This document shows positions 10,169 to 18,832 of a stretch of 32,240 nucleotides of DNA, piece after piece. The stretch is taken from contig JBGAOA010000047.1 in assembly GCA_044222065.1 (NCBI GenBank), forward strand, positions 1 through 32,240. The letters run 5' to 3'. Position numbers and translations under genes: made by a program. This DNA is from Candidatus Eiseniibacteriota bacterium (GTDB lineage: Bacteria; Eisenbacteria; RBG-16-71-46). The notes beneath the pieces were generated by a model. It ran no database searches. It saw nothing but the letters and a program-made list of their open reading frames with translations, and was not told the origin of the DNA. The stretch's first letter is position 1. Every line of letters starts with the position of its first letter.

Positions 10169-12405
10169 GTCCCGAACCCCAGCAGGCGCCCGCCCTGGTA
10201 GACCGCGAACGACGCGAGCCACGCGAGCGCGTTCATCATGACGAGCATGAAGATCGGCCAGCGCCACGAGTTCGTCTCGCGGCGCACGACGGCGACCGTG
10301 GACATGCACTGGCACGCGAGCACGAAGAACACCATCAGGCTCACGCCCACGAGCGGCGAGTAGGCCTTGCGCCCGGTGCGCGGATCCTGCGCGGAGCGCA
10401 GCCGCTCGCGCAGCGTGAGCGCGTCGGCGTCGGCGTCGCCGAGGTGGAAGACGGTCGCCATCGTGGACACCATGACCTCGCGGGCGGCGAGCGAGGTGAT
10501 GAGCCCGATGCCGATGCGCCAGTCGAAGCCGAGCGGCGCGATCGCGGGCTCGAGGAAGCGCCCCGCGCGGCCCGCGAACGAGTTCTCGAGCCGCGTGCCG
10601 GCGAGATCGCGCTCGAGCGCGCGCGCGCCGTCGGCGTCGCCCGCGGCCTCGGCGGCGGCGAGCCGCGCTTCGAGCGGCGCCGTCGCCTCCGTGTGGCGCG
10701 GGTAGGACGCGAGGAACCACAGCACGACCGAGACCGCGAGGATCACGGTGCCCGCCTTGCGCACGAACAGCAGCGAGCGCTCGCGCACCGTGAGCAGCAC
10801 CGACTTCCACGACGGCGCGCGGTACGGCGGCAGCTCCATCACGTAGAGCGGCTTGCCGCCGCGCAGCGCCGTGCGCTTGAGCACCCACGCGACCGACACG
10901 GCGGCGAGCACGCCGAGCAGGTACATCGAGAACAGCGTGATGCCCGGCAGCGTGACGAAGCCGACCCAGCGGTTCGGGACGAACGCGCCGATCAGCAGCG
11001 CGTAGACGGGGAGCCGCGCGCTGCACGACATGAACGGCGCGATCATCATGGTCGTGAGCCGGTCGCGCCGGTTGTCGATCGTGCGCGTCGCCATGATGCC
11101 GGGGATCGCGCACGCGAACGACGACAGCAGCGGGATGAACGCGCGGCCCGACAGGCCGACGCGCGCCATGAGGCGGTCCATGATGAACGCCGCGCGCGCC
11201 ATGTAGCCCGTGTCCTCGAGCACGCTCAGGAAGAAGAACAGGATCGCGATCTGCGGCACGAACGTGAGCGTCGTGCCGACGCCCGCGATGACGCCGTCCA
11301 CGACGAGCGAGCGCAGCGGGCCCGCGGGCAGCGCGGCGCCGACGAATCCCGAGAACCGCCCGACGAGCCCGTCGATGAGGTCCATCGCCGGCTGCGCCCA
11401 CGCGAACACGGACTGGAACACCGCGCCCATGAGCAGCACGAACAGCACGGGGCCGAGCACGCGGTGGGTGAGCACGCGGTCGATGCGGTCGCGCGTCTCG
11501 TCGCGCCGCTGCCCGGGTTCGCGCACCGCGTGGTGCACGATCTGGTGGATCGTCTCGTAACGCCCCTGCACGTCCTCGCCGCGCCAGCCCGGCGAGTGGC
11601 GGTCGAGCCGGCGCGCGAGGATGCGGGCGTCGTCGAGCACGTCCGGCGGCGCGTGCCGGGCGAGCGCGTCGTCCTCGCCGTCATCGAGCAGCAGCGCGAG
11701 CGCGAAGTCGTGGCGCGCCCGCTCGGGCAGCGCCTCCTGGCGCGGGAGCCGCGCTTCGAGGCGCTGCAGAACGCGCTCGAGGTGCGGGGGCCAGGTGCGG
11801 AAGTGGCGCGTCGAGGGTTCGATCTCGCGCTCGAGCAGACGCCGCAGGTTGCCGAGGTTCTCGCCCTTGCTCGCCGAGATCCCGATCACCGGGACGCCGA
11901 GTTCGCGCTCGAGCGTGCGCTCGTCGATCGCGATGCCGTGCGCGCGCGCCGCGTCCATCATGTTGAGCGCGAGCACGAGCGGCCGGCCGAGTTCGAGCAC
12001 CTGCAGCGCGAGGTACAGGTGGCGCTCGAGGTTCGTCGCGTCCACGACGAACACGATCAGGTCGGGCGGCGGCGTGTCGTCCTGAAGCCCGAGCAGCACG
12101 TCGCGCACGATCGTCTCGTCGGGCGAGTTCGGCTGCAGGCTGTAGCTGCCCGGCAGGTCGAGCACGTCGACGCGCGCTCCCGAGGGCAGCTCGGCGACGC
12201 CGATCTTCTTCTCGACCGTCACGCCGGGGTAGTTGCCGACCTTCTGGCGCAGCCCGGTGAGCTGGTTGAAGAGCGTGGACTTCCCGGCGTTCGGATTGCC
12301 GAGGATCGCGACGCGGCGCGTGCGCGCCGGCGCGCGCCGTTCGGACGGCGTCTCGGCGAGCGCGAGCGGCGGCCGCTCGGCGCCGGGCTCAGGGGATCGC
12401 GACAT
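10165..12405 (-). CDS. feoB: Ferrous iron transporter FeoB
   Basis: G1 GNPNAGKST, G2 NYPGVTVE, G3 DLPG, G4 NMMD. Also LEDTGYMARAAF, PFMSCSARLPVY, MELPPYR and AAREV in the membrane domain. Confidence 0.97.
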   Translation of the reverse strand: MSRSPEPGAERPPLALAETPSERRAPARTRRVAILGNPNAGKSTLFNQLTGLRQKVGNYPGVTVEKKIGVAELPSGARVDVLDLPGSYSLQPNSPDETIVRDVLLGLQDDTPPPDLIVFVVDATNLERHLYLALQVLELGRPLVLALNMMDAARAHGIAIDERTLERELGVPVIGISASKGENLGNLRRLLEREIEPSTRHFRTWPPHLERVLQRLEARLPRQEALPERARHDFALALLLDDGEDDALARHAPPDVLDDARILARRLDRHSPGWRGEDVQGRYETIHQIVHHAVREPGQRRDETRDRIDRVLTHRVLGPVLFVLLMGAVFQSVFAWAQPAMDLIDGLVGRFSGFVGAALPAGPLRSLVVDGVIAGVGTTLTFVPQIAILFFFLSVLEDTGYMARAAFIMDRLMARVGLSGRAFIPLLSSFACAIPGIMATRTIDNRRDRLTTMMIAPFMSCSARLPVYALLIGAFVPNRWVGFVTLPGITLFSMYLLGVLAAVSVAWVLKRTALRGGKPLYVMELPPYRAPSWKSVLLTVRERSLLFVRKAGTVILAVSVVLWFLASYPRHTEATAPLEARLAAAEAAGDADGARALERDLAGTRLENSFAGRAGRFLEPAIAPLGFDWRIGIGLITSLAAREVMVSTMATVFHLGDADADALTLRERLRSAQDPRTGRKAYSPLVGVSLMVFFVLACQCMSTVAVVRRETNSWRWPIFMLVMMNALAWLASFAVYQGGRLLGFGT

Positions 12406-12643
12406 GGATCAGGCCCGCTTCCGTGCGCCGCAGCGACAGGTGGATGCCGCGAACCGCGAGCTCGATCGGATCGCCGAGCGGCGCGCGCCGCACGATCTCG
12501 ACGGTCGTGCCGGGGACGAGGCCGAGTTCCATCAGGCGCCGCGTGATGGCCGGGTCGCCCTCGAGCCGCGCGATCGTTCCGCCTTCGCCCGGCTCCAGCC
12601 GGTCGAGCGTGAGGCCGTCGCGCTCCGCGTCGGCTCCGCTCAC
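12389..12643 (-). CDS. feoA: Ferrous iron transport protein FeoA
   Basis: RRLMELGLVPGTTVEIVRRAPLGDPIEL...LSLRRTEA. GTG start overlaps the regulator stop, and the end overlaps the feoB start. Confidence 0.93.
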   Translation of the reverse strand: MSGADAERDGLTLDRLEPGEGGTIARLEGDPAITRRLMELGLVPGTTVEIVRRAPLGDPIELAVRGIHLSLRRTEAGLIHVAIP

Positions 12644-13197
12644 GCGCCCGCCGTGCGGCCAGGCTCGGCGATCTCGCGCACGAGCGACTCGCGCAGGCAG
12701 TTCGTCTGGCAGACGGCGCACGCGTCGGGCGCGTGGTCGGCGCACGAGTGCGGGCTCGTGCGGTAGGCGCCGAGGAACGCCTGCGACGCGGGGTGCGCCG
12801 AGCGCAGGAACGAGGTGAGGCGGAGCAGTTCGACCGACACCTCGGGCGACACGAGGTGCTCGATCATGCACGCGTCCTCGCTCGCGACGGACTCGGGCAC
12901 GCCGAGGATCTCGGTGAGAAACAGCGTGATCACGCGCCGGCTCGACTCGGTGCGCTCGGCGAGCCGCTGTCCGCTCGGCGTCAGCTCGACGCAGCCGTAG
13001 CGCTCGTGCGAGATGAGCCCGCGCGTCTGGAGCGAACGCAGCATCGACGTGACGCCGCTCTTCGAGACGCCGAGGTGGGACGCGATGTCGCCGACGCGGG
13101 CGTGCCCCTTCTCGTTCTTGAGGCTCGCGACTGCCTGGAGGTAGTGCGCCATCGAATGCGACACTTCCTTCTCGCCGAAACGCTTCCACAGATCCAT
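12640..13197 (-). CDS. DtxR/MntR-family metal-dependent transcriptional regulator with C-terminal four-Cys tail
   Basis: wHTH (YLQAV...ARVGDIASHLGVSKSGVTSMLRSL...YGCVELTPSG), dimerisation helix EDACMIEH, tail CADHAPDACAVCQTNC. First gene of the feo operon. Confidence 0.88.
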   Translation of the reverse strand: MDLWKRFGEKEVSHSMAHYLQAVASLKNEKGHARVGDIASHLGVSKSGVTSMLRSLQTRGLISHERYGCVELTPSGQRLAERTESSRRVITLFLTEILGVPESVASEDACMIEHLVSPEVSVELLRLTSFLRSAHPASQAFLGAYRTSPHSCADHAPDACAVCQTNCLRESLVREIAEPGRTAGA

Positions 13198-13241
13198 ACC
13201 CGCTCCCGCCGTGAGCACGGCTTCAACCGCGAACAATGCAT

Positions 13242-13266
13242 CTCAAGAGTGTTGAGGCAGCTTAAC
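13242..13266. promoter_or_regulatory. Candidate DtxR-family operator (overlapping imperfect inverted repeats)
   Basis: GTTGAG-GCAG-CTTAAC (13251-13266) and CTCAA-N5-TTGAG (13242-13256), in an AT-richer patch about 50 bp upstream of the regulator. The first resembles TTAGG-N-CCTAA-type boxes. Confidence 0.5.
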
Positions 13267-13430
13267 TGGGTATCGGCGGGCGCGGCAAATTCCAGAGTGG
13301 CGACGCTCGCGAGATCCGGGCGCGAGCCGGTTGGACCGCGCCCCGCGGCTTGAGTAGGTTGCGACCGCCTCGGCCGCGAGACCCAACACCTCCGGAGCGC
13401 GAGCACGCGCTCCACCCACGCGAGGATGAC

Positions 13431-14093
13431 TTGCCACGAATCGTCGGGGCCGCCCGGACGCGCGATCGCGCGCGGCGGCTCGCCTGCCGGAGCGCGCTCG
13501 TGCTCGCGCTCGCGCTCTCCGGCTGCGCCGGCGGTGGAGCGCGCGACGCGCTGAAGGGCCGCGCGCCGGCGGGGGCCGCCTACGTCGGGCACCTCTCCAT
13601 GACCGAGCCGTTCCCGGACCGCGCGCCGAACGCGTTCCGCTTCCGCGCGCCGGCCGGCCACGTGATGCTCGTCTACTTCGGCTTCGTGAGCTGTCCCGAC
13701 ATCTGCCCGACCACGCTCTCCGACGTGCGGAAGGCGCTGCGCGCGCTCGGCGACGACTCGTCGCGCGTGGATCTCGCGTTCGTCACGGTGGACCCGCAGC
13801 GCGACACGCCCGAGGTGATCGGGCCCTACGTGCGCTCGTTCGTTCCCGCCGGGCACGCGCTGCGGCCGGTCACGCAGAGCGAACTCGGCCGCGTTCAGGC
13901 CGCCTTCGGCGCCACGTCGAGCGTGACGAAGAAGGCCGACGGCGAGATCAACGTCAGCCACACCGCCGTCACGTACGTCGTGGACGCGAACGGCAAGGTG
14001 CTCGTCGAGTGGCCGTTCGGAACGCCGAGCGCCGACATGATCCACGATCTTCGAATCCTGCTGCCGTCCCGGAAAGGAGCCCCCGCCTCATGA
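13431..14093 (+). CDS. SCO1/SenC family copper chaperone, lipoprotein
   Basis: TTG start after GAGG, lipobox LSGC, YFGFVSCPDICP (CxxxC), VTVDPQRDT, conserved His in SHT. Confidence 0.9.
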   Translation: MPRIVGAARTRDRARRLACRSALVLALALSGCAGGGARDALKGRAPAGAAYVGHLSMTEPFPDRAPNAFRFRAPAGHVMLVYFGFVSCPDICPTTLSDVRKALRALGDDSSRVDLAFVTVDPQRDTPEVIGPYVRSFVPAGHALRPVTQSELGRVQAAFGATSSVTKKADGEINVSHTAVTYVVDANGKVLVEWPFGTPSADMIHDLRILLPSRKGAPAS

Positions 14094-14569
14094 TGCGCCG
14101 CCGCGCCGCCGTGCTCGCCCTTCTCGTCCTCGCCGGCTGCTCGAAGCCCGCCGGGCAGACCGACTCGCACGCGGCCGACTCGACCGCGATCCCCGCCGCG
14201 ACCTCGACGGTCGAGATCACGGGCGGATGGGCGCGCGCGACGCCCGCGGGCGCGACCGCTGGCGCCGCGTACGCGACGCTCGCGAGCGCGACGGGCGACC
14301 GGCTGCTCGCCGTTCGCGTCGGCGCCGACGTCGCGGCGACCGCCGAGCTGCACGAAGTCGTCGCGGCCGAGAACGGGCAGATGACGATGCAGAAGGTCGA
14401 CGGCGTCGACCTCGCGCCGGGCGTGCCGCTGAAGCTCGAGCCGGGGTCGAACCACCTCATGCTGATCGGGCTCGTGAAGCCGCTCGTCAACGGTGACTCG
14501 CTCGCGCTCACGCTGACGTTCCAGAACGCGGGCGACGTCGAGCTGCGGATTCCCGTCCGCGACGAGTGA
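14090..14569 (+). CDS. Periplasmic copper chaperone PCu(A)C, lipoprotein
   Basis: Lipobox LAGC, WARAT, ELHE...M..M...HLML copper motif. ATGA overlap with SCO. Confidence 0.9.
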   Translation: MMRRRAAVLALLVLAGCSKPAGQTDSHAADSTAIPAATSTVEITGGWARATPAGATAGAAYATLASATGDRLLAVRVGADVAATAELHEVVAAENGQMTMQKVDGVDLAPGVPLKLEPGSNHLMLIGLVKPLVNGDSLALTLTFQNAGDVELRIPVRDE

Positions 14570-14707
14570 GCCGATCGCGAATGTGGCCGGGCGCGCGAGG
14601 CCGGCTCCGCACTTGACCGTGCGCGCGCGCCCCGGCAGGGTGCGGCGGCCCACGCGCGCACCGTCGTCCGCGGTCGCGCCCCCGCACCCGGCACCGGAGG
14701 TCCGACC

Positions 14708-15796
14708 GTGACGAACGAAGACCGCTGGCCGCGCGTCTCGGTCGTCATGCCCGTGCGCAACGAGCAGGGCTTCATCGAGCGCAACCTCGACGCGGTGCTG
14801 GCGCAGGACTACCCGACCGAGCGCATCGAGGTGCTCGTCGCCGACGGCCGCTCGGACGACCGGACGCGCGACATCGTGAACGCGGTCATCGCGCGCACGG
14901 GCGGACCGGCGGGAGCGGGCGAGCGGCCCGGCGAACGCGGCCGTTCGCCGATCGTGCTCGTGGACAATCCCGACCGCGTCATGCCCGCCGGGACGAACGC
15001 CGCGATCCGGCGCGCGTGTGGGGACTTCGTCCTGCTGCTCGGCGGGCACGCGGAGCTGCCGCGCGACTACGTGCGGCGCTGCGTCGAGTGCCTGCGTGCG
15101 ACCGGCGCGGCCGGCGCGAGCGGCTCGATCGTCTCGATCGGCGACGGCGCCGTGGGGCGTGCGATCGCCGCGGCGATGAGTTCGCCGTTCGGCATCGGAA
15201 ACTCCGGGTTCCGCACCTCGACGAGCGGCGAGCCCGTCGCCGTGGACACGATCCCATTCCCGCTCTTCCGTCGCGACGTGTACGAGAAGGTCGGGCTCTA
15301 CAACCCGGCGATGGTTCGCCACCAGGACTACGAGTTCAACTACCGCGTGCGGCAGAGCGGCGCGGCGCTGATGCTCATCCCGGGGCTGCAGGCGAGCTAT
15401 CACGTGCGGCCGAGCCTCACGCGGCTGTGGCGCCAGTACTGGCAGTACGGCGTGTGGAAGGGACGCTTCCTCAGGCGCTTCCCGCAGTCGCTCAAGGTGC
15501 GCCACCTCGTGCCGCCGGCGTTCGTGCTCGCGCTCGCGGCCAGCGCCGTGCTCGCGCTCGCCGTGCGCGGCGCGTGGTGGCCGTTCGCCTTCCTCGGCGG
15601 CGCCTACCTCGCGTTCGTGCTGCTCGGCATCGCGACGTTCGCCGCGCGCGGCCGCTTCGACGTCGCGCCGTGGCTCCCGATCGTGATGCCGTGCCTGCAG
15701 TGGAGCTACGGCCTCGGCGTGTGGATCGGCCTCGCGCTCCCGCGCGTGCCCGACGCGCCGCGCTTCGACCCCGCGGAATCCCGCGGCGCGGCGTGA
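14708..15796 (+). CDS. Glycosyltransferase family 2 (ExoA-like) with C-terminal TM helices
   Basis: GTG start after GGAGG. VSVVMPVRNE, QDYP, DGRSDDRT, QDYEFNYR, QYWQYG, hydrophobic C-terminus. Confidence 0.88.
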   Translation: MTNEDRWPRVSVVMPVRNEQGFIERNLDAVLAQDYPTERIEVLVADGRSDDRTRDIVNAVIARTGGPAGAGERPGERGRSPIVLVDNPDRVMPAGTNAAIRRACGDFVLLLGGHAELPRDYVRRCVECLRATGAAGASGSIVSIGDGAVGRAIAAAMSSPFGIGNSGFRTSTSGEPVAVDTIPFPLFRRDVYEKVGLYNPAMVRHQDYEFNYRVRQSGAALMLIPGLQASYHVRPSLTRLWRQYWQYGVWKGRFLRRFPQSLKVRHLVPPAFVLALAASAVLALAVRGAWWPFAFLGGAYLAFVLLGIATFAARGRFDVAPWLPIVMPCLQWSYGLGVWIGLALPRVPDAPRFDPAESRGAA

Positions 15797-15803
15797 GGCG
15801 CGG

Positions 15804-16773
15804 GTGAAGCGCGTCGCGATCACGGGCGCGGGCGGCTTCGTCGGCGGAGCGGCCGTGCGGGCGTTCGCCGCGCGCGGCGACGAGGTCGTCGCACTCGTGC
15901 GCCCGGGCGCCCGCGCGCCGCAGCGCGCGCGCGTCGTCGAGGGCGACCTCGCGGATGCGGCCGCGCTCGACCGCCTCGTGGACGGCGCCGGCGTCGTCGT
16001 GCACGCGGCCGCGTGGGTGCACCGCGCGACGCCGACGCCGCACGAGCGCGCGGCGTGCTTCGACGTGAACGTGGGCGGCACGCGCGCGCTGCTGGAGGCG
16101 GTCGCGCGCGCCGGACGGTCGCCGTCGTTCGTGTTCGTGAGCACGACGTCCGTGTACGGACTCGCGATGGCGGACGCGCGCGAGGACGCGCCGAAGCGTC
16201 CTGAGAACGCCTACGGCGAGAGCAAGCTCGAGGCGGAGGGGCTCGTGCTCGAGGCGGCGCGCGCGGGCGTCGTGCACGGCTCGATCGCGCGGCCGTGCGC
16301 CGTGTCCGGGCCCGACGCGCGCGGCAACACGCGACGCCTCGTCGCGATCGTGCGGCGCGGCCTCGTGCCGCTCGTGCGCGGCGGCGCGAACGCGAAGAGC
16401 TTCGTGCACGTGGACGACCTCGCCGCCGCGATCGCGGCGCTCGCGGACGCGGGGGCGCGCGCGAGCGGCCGCGTCTACAACGTCGCTGGCGAGCCGATCA
16501 CCGTGCGCGCGCTGTGCGGCGTACGCGCGCGCGCTCGGGGCGCGCGTGACCTACGCCGCTGCCGTGGCCGCTCGTCGCGTTCGCGGGCGGGCTCGCGGGT
16601 GCGCTGCGCGCGCGCCGAGCGGCGGGCGCCTTCGGACCTGGGCCCGGCTCGTCGAGGTGTTCGCGGGCGAGGCGACCGTGGACGCGAGCGCGATCGTGCG
16701 CGACTTTGGCGTGACGTTCCGCCCGCCCGCCGCCGGCCTCGAAGCCTCGCTGCGGGCGCACGCGGCGCCCTGA
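15804..16773 (+). pseudogene. NAD-dependent epimerase/dehydratase, frameshifted near 16520-16615 (assembly error or recent pseudogene)
   Basis: TGAGGFVG, VHAAA, NVGGT, VSTTSVYG, YGESK, FVHVDD, YNV. The C-terminus (LRTWARLVEVF...DASAIVRDFG) lies in another frame ending at 16773. Confidence 0.75.
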
Positions 16774-16774
16774 A

Positions 16775-18316
16775 TCACTCGCCGGGCCGTCCCTGCACGC
16801 GGCGCGAGTGCCCCGCGTGGCAGCCGGCGCACCGCACGATCGCGCCCGCGGGCGCGACGTTGAGTCCCGCGACGCGCGCGGCGCCGTGCGCGGTGCGCAG
16901 CACGCGCCCGTCCGCGCCGACGAGTTCCTCGAACATCGGCGCCCACGCGGGAAGGCCCGTCTCGTCCACGCGGCCGTCGCGTCCGACCGCGACCTCGCGC
17001 ACGAGCGTCGCGTGCGCCGCGGAGCCCGCGGCCGGGTCGAGCGCGTAGAAGCGCAGGCGCGCGCCGGCGGTGCGCGGCGGAGCGCCCGCGCCCTCGAACA
17101 CGTCGCGGTCGGCGTAGCGGAACGTGTCGCGCGGCCCGGGCGCGCGCACTCCGGCGCGTGCGAAGCGCGCCGCTTCGGCGCGCGCCCGCGCGATCCACGC
17201 GGGCTTCCACGCCGCGGCGACCGCGGGCTCGCACTCGATCGTGTCGGGCGCGTCCACGAGCGGCGCGCGCCGCCGCCCGTCCGCGCCGGCGGTCCAGAGG
17301 CCGAAGTCGCCGCGACCGCCCGCGTCGTAGGCGAAGACGAGCGCGCCGTCCGGAAGCGGCGCGGGGTTCGCGGCCGACGGCGCGGCGAGCCCGCGCGCCG
17401 AGCCGTACGACGTGGACTCGGCCGGTTCGGGCGCGAAGCCCGCGATCCGCGTCGCCCGGCCCGAGCCGCGCGCGGCGAGGCGCTGGATGCCACAGGCGCC
17501 GAACGGCGCGACGAGGCCCGGCGCGGCCGAGACGGTGCCGACGACGTCGCCGCCCGGAAGCGCGACCGGTTCGTAACCCATCGCGCCGAGGCGCTCGGCG
17601 GGATCGCCCGCCGCGACGTGCGCGCGTCCGCCCGCGGGCGGCAGCTCCATCGCGTGCCACAGGCTCACCGTGTCGCGCCCGTCGACCGCGGCGAGCGGGT
17701 TGAACCACCAGCGCGCGAACAGCACCCGTCCGCGCGCGGCATCGAAGCTCGGCGCGTCGGCGCCGAGGCGTTCGAACGTGAGCCGCGCGCACGTGCCGCG
17801 CTCGAGGTCGCAGCGCCACAGGTCGAACACCGGACCGGGCCGGTAGAGGCCCGCGCGCTCGCTCCCGCCGTGCGCGACGACGATCGCGTCGGGCCCGATC
17901 CACGCGGGCGAGCGCAGCGGGCCCTCGGGAAGGGCGAGCGGTCGCTCGCACAGTCCGCCGCCGTCGAGCGCGATCGTCCACAGCGACGTGCGCGGCGTGT
18001 CCGCGAGCGTCGCGACGAAGGCGATCGTGCGGCCGTCGGGCGCGACGGCGGGGTCGGCGACGTCGGCGAAGCGTTCGCTCGCCGCGAGCTCGCGCACCGC
18101 GCCCGACGGCTCGCGCACCCACAGCCGTCCGCGCGCGCCGGCCGCGGGACCGAGCGGCGGACGCGCGGCTTCGGCGCTCCCGGCCGCCGCGGGCAGGCGA
18201 CGGACGAACACGATCGGCGGCAGCGCGCGGCCGTCGTCGCGCGCCGCGGGCGAGGCGGGAGCGAGGAGCGCGGCGAGCACGAGCGCGCGCGCGAGCGGAG
18301 TGGGCGGAAGTCGCAT
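16775..18316 (-). CDS. Secreted TolB/PD40-type beta-propeller protein with a hydrazine-synthase-alpha-like C-terminal region and a single CxxCH
   Basis: Signal peptide after ATG 18316. Propeller-like repeats (DVADPAVAPDGRTIAF, SPAW, PSF...GRVLFARW, NPAPLPDGALVFAY). C-terminus GLPAWAPMFEELVGADG...CAGCHAGH. Confidence 0.65.
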   Translation of the reverse strand: MRLPPTPLARALVLAALLAPASPAARDDGRALPPIVFVRRLPAAAGSAEAARPPLGPAAGARGRLWVREPSGAVRELAASERFADVADPAVAPDGRTIAFVATLADTPRTSLWTIALDGGGLCERPLALPEGPLRSPAWIGPDAIVVAHGGSERAGLYRPGPVFDLWRCDLERGTCARLTFERLGADAPSFDAARGRVLFARWWFNPLAAVDGRDTVSLWHAMELPPAGGRAHVAAGDPAERLGAMGYEPVALPGGDVVGTVSAAPGLVAPFGACGIQRLAARGSGRATRIAGFAPEPAESTSYGSARGLAAPSAANPAPLPDGALVFAYDAGGRGDFGLWTAGADGRRRAPLVDAPDTIECEPAVAAAWKPAWIARARAEAARFARAGVRAPGPRDTFRYADRDVFEGAGAPPRTAGARLRFYALDPAAGSAAHATLVREVAVGRDGRVDETGLPAWAPMFEELVGADGRVLRTAHGAARVAGLNVAPAGAIVRCAGCHAGHSRRVQGRPGE

Positions 18317-18499
18317 GAGGCTGCCGCGCACGTTGCGGTCGCGACGCTCGCGCGTCAACGGCGCGTTCGCGCCGCCGTCCGCGCGCGTGTCGCGGCGCTG
18401 GCGGCCGCGAATCGCGCCCGCCTATACTGCGCGCCCTTCGCGCGGCCGCTGTCGCGTTCGCCGAGCCCCCCGCGCCCACCCGAACCCTCCGATCCGCGC

Positions 18500-18832
18500 A
18501 TGACCGACGCCCTGATGGTGTTCAGCACGTTTCCCGACGAAGCGACCGGCGCCGCGATCGTGCGCACGCTCGTCGAGGAGCGGCTCGCGGCCTGCGGCAC
18601 GCTGCTGCCCGGCGCGCGCTCGATCTACCGCTGGGAAGGCGCGCTCGAGGACGCGCGCGAGGTCGTCGCGATCCTCAAGACGCGCAAGCAGGACTGGCCC
18701 GCGCTCCAGTCGCGGCTGCACGAGCTGCATCCCTACCGCACGCCCGAGTGCGTCGCGGTGCGGATCGCGTCCGGCGCGCCGCGCTACATGGAGTGGCTCG
18801 AGGCCTCGCTCGCCCCGGAGGGCGGAGCGTGA
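18500..18832 (+). CDS. cutA: Divalent-cation tolerance protein CutA
   Basis: STFPD...LVEERLAAC...SIYRWEG...E...ILKT...LHPYRTPE...Y..WL. Confidence 0.93.
   Translation: MTDALMVFSTFPDEATGAAIVRTLVEERLAACGTLLPGARSIYRWEGALEDAREVVAILKTRKQDWPALQSRLHELHPYRTPECVAVRIASGAPRYMEWLEASLAPEGGA

Noticed and set aside
13270..13297. Minus-strand GCCGATAC upstream of the DtxR-feo operon as another sigma28 promoter
   Set aside because: The position 15 nt upstream reads CTCTG, a poor -35 match, and a -10 alone is insufficient in GC-rich DNA.
16775..18316. Evidence for anammox metabolism
   Set aside because: There is only a short single-CxxCH HzsA-like protein, with no hzsB, hzsC or hao-type genes in the window.
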